Below are positions 48,751 to 64,000 of a DNA stretch of 64,000 bases, one piece after another; within the stretch, counting starts at the first letter, position 1, and every line of letters starts with the position of its first letter. Origin of the DNA: the human T2T-CHM13v2.0 reference genome, Homo sapiens; the NCBI RefSeq assembly GCF_009914755.1, contig NC_060939.1; one strand, given 5' to 3'. Below the pieces are notes generated by a model that was given only the letters and a program-made list of their open reading frames with translations, searched no databases and was not told the origin of the DNA. Both the position numbers and the translations under genes were made by a program.

Positions 48751-49208
48751 AGCAGGCTGCCTCTAATACAGGTAGGCCCTAGAATGAAAGTACACATGAG
48801 ATCTACATGTTAAGTGTCTAAAAAGTTATAAGTCAAGGTAAAATATGTTAAAAATACATGTTCTACCTTCCTACCTTGACAAATATACCTTGATAAGAAC
48901 TTGGATGGCCAAGTTCAACTGATTTCTTGGACTCCTCAGAGTTTTCCACTGGAAGGTGATGGTGTAGGAAAAGCCATTTCATGGCTCCTGGCTGCCAGCT
49001 AGGATTCTCTTTCTTGTACCACTCTCAGCACTGTTCATCACCACTAGGGGCCATAAATGCATGTATGTGAACACCTGTAGTTCTCTAATCACTGCCCCCA
49101 TGCCCAGTAAACAGCTACCCTGGTACCTCTCCAGCCTTGAACTGTGCATACCAGTGGTGTGATTCTCCATTGATAGCACAGACCCAGAGAAAAGATAAGG
49201 TTGGGGGC

Positions 49209-49611
49209 TGTGTTAGTCCATTTTGCATTTCTATAAAGGAATACCTGAGACTGGGTAATTTTTAAAGAAAAGAGGTTTATTTGGCTTACCATTCTGCAAG
49301 CTATACAAGCATGGGACCAGCATCTACTCGGCTTCTGGTGAGGTCTCAGGAAGCTTTTACTCATGATGGAAGATGAAGAGGGAACAGTTGTGTCACATGG
49401 CAAGAGAGGGAGCAAGAGAGAGAGAGGAGATCCCAGACTCTTTTTAACAACCAGATCTCATGTGAACTCATGACCACAAAAAGAGCACAAAGCCGTTCAT
49501 GAGGAATCTGCCCCCAGTGACCCAAACACTTCCCACTAGGCCCCCCCTCCAACACTGGGGATCACCTTTCAGCATGAGATTTGGAGGAGACAAAACATCT
49601 AAACTGTATCA
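49209..49611 (-). mobile_element. MaLR solo LTR (MST family)
   Basis: tgtgttagtccattttgcat...aaactgtatca; perfect 5-bp TSD GGGGC (49204-49208, 49612-49616). Confidence 0.92.
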
Positions 49612-50655
49612 GGGGCACAAGCTCTCCTGATGGAGTCTCATGCCTCCCATTTCTCAATTTCTCTCCAGTTGAATGTGAGCAGGTCACAAAGTAGACCTGG
49701 AACCCCATGTTTTACGACACGGTGGAGCACAGAACTGAATGAGACTGGGAACGGCACATAATAATGGCTCTATAAATGTTTGTGAAAGGAGTGGCATTAT
49801 ACCCATAAAAGGGTATAATGAGACCACCCTTAAGGCAGAGAGTCTATTCACATGGCCCAAACTTGCATTTGTTTATTTGAATCAACACATGGCTTTACAC
49901 TGAATATTGCTTTGGGCATTCCCATTGGGTGGGATATGGAGTTACAGGACACTCGATCTGGAAGAAGGACAGCAGCAGATGAGACCGAATGTGTGGGAGG
50001 TCCCCACTTCAGAGCTGCCCTCCTAAAAAGATGTGAAATGCTTTATCCACATGAGAATGACCTCCATAGAGTGGAAAATCTTGCTTTCTTTAAAAATTCA
50101 AAGTAATTGGTCAGACAGTGTCACCACTCATATAGCATGACTCAGGATTTGATGAGGTCAGATCAGTCGTCTGAATCTCTGGCATGTGCTGTGGTTGGAG
50201 AAAAGGTGGTCAAGGCCTTCCTTCAGCAGACAAAATCCTTTGCTTTGCTGCCTGTGAGCAACTCAGCCTGTGGCTTTGGGGCCTGGGCCTTCTTGGCAAG
50301 TGGGAAACCCAATCTTTTGGCTGCCTGCCTCTTCCTGCCGCAGAAGAGCGACTTATGGATGCTGAGAGCAGCCACTGAGAGGGAAGCTTAGGGCTCCATG
50401 ACTCCCACAGAGCCAGCTGTATCCCCTGAGTGTGTGGGAGGATGAGCAGGGAGGCAAGGGTGGTCCATGTGCAGGAAGCAAGGAGGGGCTGCCCACAGGT
50501 ATGATTAATCTTCACTTGCTGACTGTCTCCCCAATTCAATGTGATTTCTAGTTGCTGTTTTTATTGCCAGAAAACATTTTGTACTATTCCTGAAAGCTAG
50601 TTTTAGGAGTTGGCCTTTTGAATTTCATTAGCTCTGGCAGAACTTCATTTGGTTA

Positions 50656-50985
<330 letters not shown>

Positions 50986-51894
50986 AAAGGAAACTGGGAA
51001 GAAGTAGTAAACCATCTACCTTTCCAACTCTATTTCTCAATACGGCCCTTCATTTGTACATTACAACCCATGTAGGCTTCTCCCTGTTCTTCACATATAA
51101 CCCACTGGTTACTGCCTCCAAGCCTTTGTCCTTGTGGCTCTCTGCCTGGAATATCTTCCTCACTCTCATCTTTATGAACCCAAGTTTTAGTTATCCTCTA
51201 AGGCTCAGCTTCAGTGGAGCATCCGCCATAAATCTTTTCCTGATCCTCCTCTTATCCTGCACCCTTAGTTTCCACCATCCCTGCTTGAAACAACAAACAA
51301 TTAAGAAACTTACATATTCCCATTGAAGAATGGCAACTAGCTGCAGGTAGGAGGAATTTACTGTAACAATTTGTGTTTCCACCCCCAGTTTAGAAGAATG
51401 TCTGAAAAAAGGTTTAAGGCTGCATGAGATTCTATACATCACACACATGTATCATAGTTTATTATTTTAAGATCTTCAAAGTATTTTATTAAATATTGAA
51501 CATATAAAAATGAATTTGTAAGATGTATACACACTCTAAAAAATAAAGATGCCCTATACACCGGTGTGTCAATTATCAAGTTTAAGAAACAAACCTTACC
51601 GTTAACTTTGAGATTATTTGAATGTTCCTACCTGATGCCTTTCCATTCTCACTCCTCTCTAAGGTAACCACTTAATTTTGGGTTATTATTCTCTTGCTTT
51701 TCTTTATACTTTATTATACCTGTTTGTATATCTGAATGTTTTATTATTTAGTTCCACTTATTTTTGATTAGCATTTACATGGTGTCTATTTTTTATCCTT
51801 TTATTTTCAACCTATTTGTTATGTTTCAAGTGAGTTTCTTATGGATGGCATATAATTGGGTCATTTAGAAATTTTTATTCACTCTACCAGTCTC

Positions 51895-52220
51895 TTTATT
51901 TTATTTTTTAATTTTATTTATTTTATTTATTTATTTATTTTGAGACGGAGTCTTGCTCTGTCACCCAGGCTGGAGTGCAGTGATGCAATCTCGGCTCACT
52001 GCAACCTCCGCCTCCCAGGTGCAAGCAATTCTCTGCCTCAGCCTTCCGAGTAGCTGGGATTACAGGCACCTGCCACCAAGCCTGGCTAATTTTTGTATTT
52101 TTAGTAGAGATGGGGTTTTACCATCTTGGCCAGGCTGGTCTTGAACTCCTGACCTCGTGATCCACCCACCTCAGCCTCCCAAAGTGCTGGGATTACAGGC
52201 GTGAGCCACTGCGCCCGGCC
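51895..52220 (-). mobile_element. AluS (Sg/Sc-like)
   Basis: cctgacctcgtgatcc; (TTTA)n tail; TSD agtctct.tatttt. Confidence 0.92.
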
Positions 52221-55200
52221 TAGTCTCTGTATTTTAACTGGTGTATTTAAGCAATTTATATTTAAAGTAATAACTTGTATGTTAGAACTTAAGTCTGTCA
52301 TTTTATTATTTGTTTCCTGTTTGTTCCCTTTATTTCTTGTTCCTCCATTTATTTTCTTTTGCCATCCGGTGTAATCCTTGAACATTTTAAAGAGTTCCAC
52401 TTTGATTTATTTATTATGCTTTTGAGTATATAACTTTTTATAGTTTTCATAGTGGTTGCTGTATATATTACCATATATGCACATAACTTGTTATGCAGCC
52501 TATTGGTACTGACATTTTACCACTTCGAGTAAAGTGTAGAAGTCTTACTTATATTTAGATCACTTTACTTTTCTCCATTTCTTAAATATTATTGTTTTAA
52601 GTACTTTCTCTATATCTATTGAACACCTCATTAGGTGTTGTTATAACTTTTGCCCCAACCATAAAATATAAGTAAAAAAACTCATAAAGGGAAAGATGAT
52701 CTATTATGTTTATTTATATTTTTACTCATTCTATTCTTCTTCTTTCCTTTCCAAAGGTTCCAGACATTTTATCATTTTCTTTGTATTTGAAGAATTTCCT
52801 TTAGCCATTCTTTAAGGGTAGGCCTGCTAGCAATGAATTCTTTTAGTTTTTTTTTTTTTTTACCTGAGAATATCTTTATTTTCCATCATTCCTGAAGGGT
52901 AGTTTCAATAGATATAGGATTTATGGTTGACATGAATTTCTTTATGCTTAAAAAAATGTGTCCTGACTTCTGACCTTCATGTTTTCAGATGTGAAATCTG
53001 CTGTCATTTGAATTGGTGTTCTTTTTTTTTTTTCTTTACAGGTAATGTGTCATCTTTTTGTTATTTAAACAAATTTTCTTCATCTTTAGTTTTTAGAAGT
53101 TTAATTATGATGTATCTAGTTGTTGATTTATTTGGGTTTATTTTAGTTTATCTTTTCTCACATGACTCGTGAATTCTCAGTTCTTGACATTATAAGTGAC
53201 TCAATTGTATCTTGGACATTTTGATTATTATGTGAGAAGACTCTTCATCTGACTTAGATCTTTTGTTTTAGTAGGCAGCCACTCTGTTTAGGATTAGCAT
53301 GTAGTTCTGGCCTACTCTTATGAGCTTTTGTTACAATGGCATTTCAGTGTTCAGAGCCCTTGCAGTGCTATTCTGGTATGCTTCATTTTCTGGCACTACC
53401 AGTGGTCTTGCTCAATCCCTGCAGTTCTGTCTACTGGGGTGAAAAGACCTTTCCTGGGCTGCCTGGTACCACTGGGTGACCATCTGCTGCTTAGGTTTGG
53501 GGACAGAAAAAACCTACAGGGCCTGGGCCTCTTTTTCTACTAGGTGGAGAGCAGAAAAAAATGAAGCACTCAGCTGATGCTGCCCCTGAAGATGAACTGG
53601 ACCACTTGCCAGTGCCCCAGTGATAGAGTGGGGCTGAGTTAACCTAGGATTTTGCTGCTGCTAAAGTAGACATATCAGACCACATCTTGGCACCCTGGTT
53701 GTGGAACAGAGGCTGGGATTCCCCACTAGGTCTTTGCTGGTCTTCCTCCTTTCCTGGTGTTTTAGCCAGGCTGGCGAGAACAGGCTTGTCTTTGTTTGTT
53801 TGTTTGTTTGTTTGTTTGTTTTTGGCTTTGCCTATTGGCAGTTCTGGGTTGCAGGCCTCTCCAGCCTCTAGTTTGGGGTAGATAGTAGATAGAAAGAAAA
53901 TCCAGGGAACTCACCCTATTGTTGTTTCCCAAGTCCTGAGGTAACTAACCAGTTCATTCTGACTTTCAGAATCTTTATATTGTTGTCTATTAAATAATTC
54001 CCAGGGTATTTAGTTGTATTTAGCAAAGAGGAGGAAAGTCAGTCTCTACCATCTTGTCCTGGAATTGGAAGTCTCCGTTCTTCTTATTTGTGAACATGAT
54101 ATCAATGCTATTGCACTGTGATTCCTCTTTGGTAAATTTGTTTATGTTATTCAATATTATGTTCCAGGAATTCATTCATATTATTTCATTTTGTTGTAGT
54201 TCATTGATTTTTCTCTGCTCTTGAGTTTTCCATTGTGTGAAAACCACTCAATTTATCCATTCTACTATTGGTGGACGTTTGAGATATTTCCCCTTTCCCC
54301 TCACCTACTTTAAATTAGAGACTATACTTCCATGGGCATTCTTGTACATACCTCCAGTGGCATCTGTGCAAGTTCAGTAGAGTATAAATCTAGGTGTGGA
54401 AATGGTGAGTCAAAGGGTATGGGAATTTTCATATATACTAGATAAAGCCAAATTATTTTCTGAAGTGGTTATACCAATCTACCCTTCCATCAGCAGGTGT
54501 AAGTTTCTTTGTTCCTTTGCATCCTCATCAATCCTTGATAACATCAGATTTTAAACTTTCTCCAATCTCAGGGCAATGAAATTGTTTCTAATTTTAGTTG
54601 CAACTTTCATTTCCCTGATTACTAATAACGTTGTACGTATATAAACCTTTTTTCATATTTTATAGAAACTTCAATGTTATATACTCATTCAAACCTTTTT
54701 CTATTTTTCTTTTGGCTTGCTAGTCTTCTTCCTTCTTTTCCCAGCTTTCTCTATTTTCTCCCAGCTTTTAATTTGTCATTTTTACTCTTTTAATCGATGA
54801 GTAGAAGTTCCTAACTTTAATGTGGGATTTATCAATCCTTTCCTTTATACTTTATGCTTTTGTATCTTATTAAAAATTGTTACCATTTCCTAAAGTAATA
54901 AACATTATTTTATAATGTCTATTCTTTTTTGTTGTCTTCTAAACATCTTAGAGTTTTGCCTTTTGTGTTTATGTTTTTAGTCTACCTGGAATTGATGTCT
55001 GTGGGGTATAGGGGTACATTATTTTTTTTCCATACAGTTAGCCCATTGTTCCAGCGCCCTCTGTTGAAAAGTGTCTCTTTCCCCACAGATCTAAAGTATT
55101 AGTTTTGTCAGAATTCAGGTTTCCTCTTATGAACATGGGGTTGTTTCTAGGCTCTCTATTCTATTCCATTTGGTCAGTTTTTAAGATTTGTATGCCAATA

Positions 55201-57100
55201 AGCCATTGTCTTAATCACTATATTTTAAAACAAGTATTGTTCTCTTGTATGAAAGTATCTCCTTCCTAGTGTTTATTTAGATATACTTATTTATTTGAGG
55301 CCCTTTGCTTCTTGATAAATATTTAAGGATAAGCTTAAATCTAAAAAAAAAAGACTTGAAAGTTTGATACTGCATTAAATTTGTAGATAAATTTGGGGGA
55401 GAATTGACATCTATTAAGCCTACCACTTTAATAGACATGATATATTGCTGCATTATTCAGGCCTTATTTAATGTATTTCAGCAATTTTTATAATTTTCTT
55501 CAGCAAGGGCTTACATATCTTTCATTAGATTAGTTCCCAGGCATTCCTCATTTTCTGGTGCATTGTAATTCTTATCTTTTTAATAATTCTATTTATGAAC
55601 TGCTATTTGCTGGCATATGGAATGCAATTTTTAAATAGTTATTTTAATTAAACATTTTATTTTGCAATTATGGTAGATTCACCAAAAGTCACAAGAAAAC
55701 AATACAGAGAAGTCTGTGTATAATCCAGTTTCCCCCAATGGTAACATCTTGTAAAATTATAGTAGAATATTACTGATGTTGATGCAGCCAGTATATAGAA
55801 TATTTCCATCATCGCAAGGTTCCCTCATGTTACCTTTATATAGCCACAGTCACTTCCCTCCCAACCCCACCTCCACCTTTTCTCCTATTTTTTCTAGAAG
55901 TTTCATAGTCTTACATTATACTTGTAAGTCCATTTTGAGTTAATTTTTGTGTGAAATGTGAAACTTAAACCAAGCTTTTTTTTTTTTTCTCTCCTGTGGA
56001 TATCCAATTATAGCACCATTTGTTGAAAAAAACTATCTTCCATTGAATTCCTGCTGCATCTTTGTCACATATCAGTTTGGTATATGCTTCAGGCTTATTT
56101 CTGTGTTCTCTATTCTATGTATATCTCTTACCAAATATCACACAGTGCTGAATTCTGTAGCTATACATTAAGTCTTAAAATTGGGTAGACTGATTCCGCC
56201 CATTTTATTCTTCTATTTCAGTCGTTTTAGCTAATGTAATCCCTTTGCATTTACATATAAATTTTGGAATAATTTTGTCTATATCTACAAAAAGTCTTAC
56301 TGAAGTTTTGGTAGGAATTGCGTTAAACCAGCATATCAGTTTGGGAAGAATTAATCTTTACTATGCTGAGTTTTTCAATCTATGAATATGGTATGTCTCT
56401 GTATTTATTTAGATCATCTTTCATTTCTCTCATTAGTGTCTTTGTAGTTTGTAGCATACAAGTCCTATACATGTTTTGTCAGATTTATGCCTAAGTATTT
56501 TGCTTTCTTTTGAGTGATTATAAATGGTATGCATTTTAATTTGGGTGTCCAAATATTCATTGATAGTAGATAGAAATACAATTGATTTTTGTAAGCTAAT
56601 TTTATACCTATGAATTACTGAAACTCATTAGTTCTAGGCATTGAGTTTTTCTGTGTAGACAACAACATCATCAACAAACAAGGACAGTTTTATTTCTTCC
56701 TTTCTGATCTTTATGCTTTTTATTTTCTTTTGTTTCCTTATTGTAGTAAGTAGAACTTCCAGTAGTATGTTGAATGAGAGTGTTGAGATTGGGCATTCTT
56801 TCTTTGTCCCCAGTCTTGGTGAAAACGTTTAGTTTTCATTATTAATTATGGTTTTAGCCACAGGTTTTTTGCAGATGTTCTTTATGAGGTTGAAGATATT
56901 CTCCTCTAGTCCTAGTGTACTGACAGCTTTTAATCATGATTGGGTACTTAATTTGGTCAAAAAATTTTTTTGCATTCATTGATATGATCATGTGATTCTT
57001 CTTGTTTAGCCTATTAATAGAGTGAATAACATCAATTGATTCTTGAATATTGAGCCATCCTTGCATTCCAAGAATAATTCCACTTGGTCATCATGTATAA

Positions 57101-57628
<528 letters not shown>

Positions 57629-60600
57629 TAATAAGATGAATTGGGATGTATTTTCTGCCATTTTCTGGAAAAGACTGTGTACAATTTATGTTAATTCTTT
57701 AAATGTTTGATAGAATTCTTCAGTAAAGCCATCTGACCCTAGAGGTTTATCATTTGGAAGTTTTGAAATTACAAATTCAATGTTCTTAATAGTTATAGAA
57801 CTATTCAAATTATGTTTTTCATATTTGTAGAGTTGTGGTAGTTTGTGCTTTTTGAGGAATTGGTACATTTCATTTAGTACATTTATGTGTGTAGAGTGGT
57901 TTGTAGCATTTCATTATTATCCTTCAGAAGTCTTCAGGGTTTGTAGTGATAGCTTCTCTTTTATTTCTGATATTAGTAATTTGTGTCTTCTATTTTTTAT
58001 TGTTTTAATGTTGCAGTCTTGCTAGAGGTTTGTTTCATTGATTGTCTCTATAAAAAATCTTGTATAGCTTTTTTAGTTGTTGTTGTGGGCTTTACATTAT
58101 ATAGACATAACTCATTATAGTCTACTAGTGATCATTTTACCAATTCAAGTGAAGTGTAGCAAACTTATTTCCCTTTACCTACCTCGTTTATGCTATAATT
58201 GTCTTAAAATATTTCCTTTACATACACTTAAAACCACATCACAGTGTTAACATTTTTTGCTTCAACCATCAAATACAACTTAGAAAACTCAAGAGAAGAA
58301 AAGTCTATTGTATTTACTCATATTTTGTTTGCCATGTGTTTTTCCTTCCTGACGTTTTAAGATTCTTTTTGTTTGTTTGTTTGTTTTCCTTCTGTTTCGT
58401 GAATGTGCTTTAGCTGTTTTTTTGGGATAGTTCTGGTGGTGACAAATTCTATTCATTTTCCTTCATCTCAGAATCTCTTAATTTCTCTTTCATTTCAGAA
58501 AAAAATATTTTTTGCTACATAAAGGACCTTAGGCTGACAATTTTTTTCTTCCATTACTTAAAAATATACCACATCCTTCTGTCCTCTTTCAGATAAGAAA
58601 TCTACTGTCATCTGAATTGAGTTTCCTTTATAATTAATGTGTTATTTCTTTCAGCTTGTTTTTAAGATAATTTTATGTGTCTAGTTTTTAAAGTTAAATT
58701 ATAATGGGCTTTTATGTATGTTTCTTTGGATTTATTGTTTGGAATTCTCTAAGCTTCTTGAATCTGTAATTTCATCTCTTTTCCTAAATTTGTGAAGTGC
58801 TCAGCCATTATTTATGAATCCCATTCTCTTTCTCTCTCCTTCCACAACCCTATGACACAAATGTTAGCTCTTTTGTTATAGTATCACAGATCCCTGAGGC
58901 TTGGTTCATTTTTTTCCCAGTCTATTTTTCTCTGTCTTGTTCAGATTGAGTAATTTCTGTTATTCTGTATTCTGATTAATTGATTCTTTCCTCTGTCCCC
59001 TGAGTTCATTCCTTTAGTTTATTTTGATAATTATATTTTTTAGTGATAAGGTTTCCACTTGATTCTTCATATCTTCTATTTATTTGTTGAAACTTTCTTT
59101 TTCATTGTTTTGAGCATGTTTGCAATTGCTTATTTAAAACATTTTATGACAGCTGCCTTAAAATCTTTGTCAAATATTTCTATATTTTCTATCATCTCAG
59201 TGTTGGCATCTATTGATGGTTTTTCTTCTATCCTGTTCAAAATATTTCTGGGGTTTGGTATGATTAGTAATTTTCAATTGAATCCTGGACTTTTAAAAAT
59301 TGTTATGAGGCCCTGGATCTTATTCAAACCTTCCATTTTAGCTGCCTTTGACATTATTCTTGCGAGTGTGGGGAAGGGGCCACCATTTGTTACTGCCAGG
59401 TAAAGGTAGAAGTCCAGCTTCCCCATTCGGTCTTTGTTGACACCCAAGGTGAGGGACTTCTCATTAATGTTGTATAGAGATGTGATTTACAGTTCTCCAG
59501 ATGTTTTACACTAAGGCTGTGGGTGAAAAGGGCTTTTTGCCGTATGGCAGGATGAAAGTCCCATCGCTCTACTCAGCCTTCTCTGACAGTACCCCAACGG
59601 CCGGGTTGGAGTAAGTTGTTACTACCTGGGAAAGATGGAAGTCTAGCCACTGCTGGCATGGGTGGGACAGGGCCCCATTTTTCTTTGGTGGAGTGGAGCA
59701 GTTATTGTCTAATGTTTTCTGTCTCGCTGAACAGTCCCTTCATGGTCTTTTGGCTAGAGAGATCAGACTTTTGTTTTGGCTTTTTTTTTTTTTTTTTTTT
59801 TTTTGCCTGTACCTACTGGCAATTCCAGATTGCCAGCTGCAATTCTGGAATACATGAGGCAAAAGAATTCCTAGAGAAGTCATCTTGTCATTCCTTGGGT
59901 ACCAAGGTTCCTATCTGATCTGTCTTCTTGCTACCTTTCAGAGTCTTCTTATGTTTGTTTAACATCAAATATCTAGAGTTTTTAGTTGTACTTACTGGGA
60001 GAAATAGGGAAAAGTCTGTCTACTCCATCTTCCCAGAGTGGAACTGCAATTTATTTTTGTTCATTGTTGTTATATTCAGCATCTTCAGGCTCTTTGCAAA
60101 TCTTTTATCTATAGATTTTATTTTCTACATAATCATATCATCTATGAATAATAATGGTTTTGTTTCTTCAAACCACCTTTCTTTTAATTTTTTACAAGCC
60201 TGTAAAAATTAAAGAAACAGAGTGGTTTTAACTCTTTCCGCAAAGAAGTTTGCCACCCTTCTAAAATGCGAGAGTTTTATGAATTTTAACATATGCAGGG
60301 TCGTGGAACCACCACCACAATCAGGATACTGAAGAGTTGGTTCTGTCACCTTCGAAAGTTCCCTTAGGCTGCCCTTTTGTCCTCCAACCATCTCCCCACC
60401 CCTAACCCCTGGCAACCACTTACTTTTCTATTCTCTCTTTCTTTTTCTGCCTTTTTCAGATAGCGTATAAAATGAATACATACACTTTGTGATCTTTTAA
60501 GATAATTTTTCTTCTTAATCTGTTAAAGTGGTAAATGATTTCATTTATTTTCCAGTGTTCAACAAATCTTTGAATCCCTGGATTCAGTCGACTATGATTT

Positions 60601-62759
60601 TATTTGTAATTTTTATATTCATGAGTGTGATGGCCTTGGAATTTTTCTCCTGTACTGGTTCCAAGGTTACACTGACCTCACACTGATACCATGCTCATCT
60701 CTTTTACTGATATCAATGTTTTCTTTTTACTTGCCAGGTAACTAAGTTTGCCACCCTTCTAAAATGTGAGGTGTGGTTTCTCATTATCTACATTCTGGAA
60801 TTCGTATTCTAGGTTTGGAATTATTTATTTCTTCAATGATTTATAGAACTTACTGTTTAAAACCATCTGGTACCAGTGTTTTCTTTGTGGAAAGAGTTAA
60901 AACCACTCTGTTTCTTTAATTTTTACAGGCCCCTAAAAGTTTCCTTGTCTTTCTTGAGTTGATTTTGATACAGTTTATTTTCCTCAGAACTTTCTCATTT
61001 AATCTAGTTGTTCAAATTTATGCTATACAGTTATTTGTAATATCTTCTTGTCATCTTTTAATCTTTACTGTATTTGTAATTGTGTCCCCTTTCAACCCTC
61101 ATTTTATTTGTGTTTTCTTTCTTTTCTTTTTCTTTTTTTTTTTTTTTTTTTTTGATCTTGAGTGACCTTGCTGGAGCGTCATCAGTATTTTAAAATCTTT
61201 TCACAGAACCAGCTTATAATTTTGTCAACTCCCCTATTATACGTGTATTTTTATTTAATAAATTTTGTCCATATCTTTATCGTTTTCTCTACTTTCTTTG
61301 ATGATTAGCCCATTATTTTCAGCTTTTCTTCCTTTTTAATATAAGCACTTGAGATAACTTTTCCTGTAAGCACTGTTTTATCTTTAGCTGCATTCCACAA
61401 GATTTAATATGTAAAATTTTATTATCATTCAGTTCTAAATGCCTTTAAATTTCCAGTATGATTTCTTCTTTGACCCATGAGTTATTTGGAGGTATGTTTC
61501 TTGATTTTCAAATATGTAGTTATTTTCCAGTTACCTCGAAGACAAAAATCAAAACCTTTTTCTTTTCGAGTAACTACATATTCACAAGAAGTTGCAAAGA
61601 TAGTACAGAGAAATCTCATGTACCCTTCACCCAGTTTTCCCCATTGGTTCCCTCTTACATAACTATAGTAAAACATCAAAACCACAAATTTGACATTGCT
61701 ATGGTGTGTGTGTAGTTCTATGCTATTTTATCACTTGTAACCTCTACTTCAGCGAAGATACCAAAGTGCTCCCTCGCCACTAAGATCTCCCTAATGCCAC
61801 CCTTCAGAATCACACCCCACCCCTCTTCCCACCATCCTTAACCTCTAGCAGCAACTCATCTGTTTTCTCTCTCCCCAGTTAACATTTTTAAGTGCCTTAT
61901 AATTAATTGTGGTGTTGTCAGAAAGCATGGAGTGGGTCATTCCAGTTATTCAGAATTGTTGAGAATTATTTGATGACCCCGTATAAGATTATTTTCATAT
62001 TTTGTTTATGTTTAAAGAGACATTGTATATAGCTATTAACCTTACTGCTTTTTGTCTGCTTGATCTATCAGTTTCTTAAGGAGTCGGTTAAAAATCTCAT
62101 GCTAGATTTTCCTTTTAGTTATTTCAGCATTATGAGGCTATGTTATAAGGTGCGAACATTTAGAATTGTTATATATTCTTTATGATTGAAAGCAGTTATA
62201 ATTTATATCCTGAGTTTATCTCTATTATTTTTGTTTGAATCTACCTTGTCTATAAAGTGGTACTAGCTTTAATTTTATTAGCAGTTGTCTGAGCTATCTA
62301 CCCACCTATCTGTCTATGTCTGTATCTATCTACTTCTATCTAGTTTTTATTCTTTTGTTTTCAACTACACACACACCTACTTATGTATGTGTGAATGTGT
62401 ATGTGAATGACTTTTTCTTTTTGAACTGTTTGTCTTCTTTTATTTTACCTGTATATTTCTTAAATGGTTTATGGTTGGATTTACAATGTAAATCTGTCTT
62501 GACAATCTTTGCTTCTTAGATGAATCTCTTTAAAATTATTTTTATTATTATATTTAAAATTATTAAAAATTATCTTTAAAATTATATTTATCTTTAAAAT
62601 TATATTTAACCTCTTAAATTATAAGTAAAATTATTTCATGTTTAATACTTATTCCATTTTCCCTGTTTTATTCTCTGCTTTCTTATCTTTTTATTGATTA
62701 TATTTTCTCATTCCCTTTCTCCTCCTCTATTGATTCTGTTTCTAATTCTATTTCTGTGA

Positions 62760-63083
62760 TTTTTTTTCTTTCTTTCTTTTTTTTTTTTTTTTTTTTGAGG
62801 CAGAGTCTCACTCTATCACCCAGGCTGGAGCGCAGTGGTGCAGTCTCCATTCACGGCAAACTCCACCCCCTGGGTTCAAGCCGTTCTCCTGCCTCAGCCT
62901 CCCAAGTGGCTGGGATTACAGGCGCCCACCACCACACCTTGCTAATTTTTGTATTTTTAGTAGAGTTGGGGTTTTGCCATGTTGCCCAGGCTGGTCTTGA
63001 ACTCCTGAGCTCAAGTGATCTGCCCGCTTCTGCATCCCAAAGTGCTGGGATTACAGACAGACATAAGCCACCGCACCTGGACC
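62760..63083 (-). mobile_element. Alu
   Basis: TSD tatttctgtgatttt on both sides. Confidence 0.92.
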
Positions 63084-64000
63084 TATTTCTGTGATTTTAT
63101 GGTGAACTCAGAAAATTTGGCATGTATATGAAGGTTTTCAAAGTGCAAAAGTTATTAATTTTTACTTTTACCCTCTTCCTGAATAACAGAAAAACCATTG
63201 AATATTTTCACCCCAATAGTATGTTTTCCTGGTTCATATCCTTTTGTTAATAGGTAAATTGCTCCATTTTTATTTGTAAAACCATAACATATTATTATTA
63301 CTTCAGTCACTTTTTGTTTAGATTTACCTGAATATCAACTCTTTCTTTTAATCATCATTCTTTGCCTCACAGGCCTTCATCTTGGGTCACTTCTCTTCTT
63401 TCTAAAGAAAAAAATATTTTTGGAATTTCTTTTAGTGAGAGTATATTGGTGGCAAACTCCCTTGGGATTTTTTTTTTCTGTCTGTAAAGACCTTTATTTT
63501 ACTCATTTTTGAAGATATTTTAGCTGGTATACAATTCTATGTTGATGATTACACTGAACTAATCATTACACTGCTATATGACTTATACAATTGCTGTTGA
63601 GAAATGAGCTTTAAGTTTGATTTTTGCCCTTTTGAAGTTAATCTGTCTTTTCTCTCTGGCTGCTGTTTTAAAATCTTCTATATGTTTTAGTGTTTTGCAG
63701 TTTTGCTAAGAACTATCTAGATATGCTTTTTTAATTTATCTTATTTGGGATTTGTTGGGTTTCATGAATTGATGCATTTCTTCAGGACTGAAAGATTTTT
63801 AATAATTACGTGAAGTATAATTCTACCTTATTATTCCTATTCCCTTCTTGTGGAACACTGATTAGATGTTAGGCTTTGTCACTCTATCTTACATGTTTCT
63901 TTACCTCTCTTTTATGTTTTCTTTATGTTGCCATCTGAGTATTTTGTTAGATATATATTCCAATTCTTTCATCCTCTCTTTAACACTGTCTAATACACTT

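Noticed and set aside
49795-49820. Hairpin cattataccc-ataaaa-gggtataatg
   Set aside because: An isolated 10-bp stem, too short to call an RNA gene or terminator.

Overview
Human (or very close ape) genomic DNA covering the 5' part of IL16 on the + strand. It contains a non-coding first exon (ends 11157), a ~28 kb intron, and the first coding exon of the long neuronal pro-IL-16 isoform (39304-39716; ATG 39405, 104 codons, [16 protein letters not shown]...). The rest is intron packed with Alu, L1, L2, MIR, LTR and DNA-transposon remnants. I see no new protein-coding system. The interesting structure is in genome dynamics. (1) A full-length old L1PA element (21400-30595, -) has its target-site duplication ~270 bp beyond its 5' end, implying a 5' transduction of a decayed GC-rich, first-exon-like sequence with a (CAG)9 tract. 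(2) That same L1 carries two templated insertions copied from 20 kb downstream and 12 kb upstream. (3) The larger copy forms a 1.5 kb direct repeat flanking the IL16 start-codon exon and shows a sharp, gene-conversion-like identity step. (4) There is a twin-primed L1PA3/4 and several micro-scale template-switch scars. (5) The IL16 leader has two uORFs, and a candidate 51-nt upstream exon would give an in-frame N-terminal extension. Repeat subfamily names come from recalled consensus sequences, not from a search.
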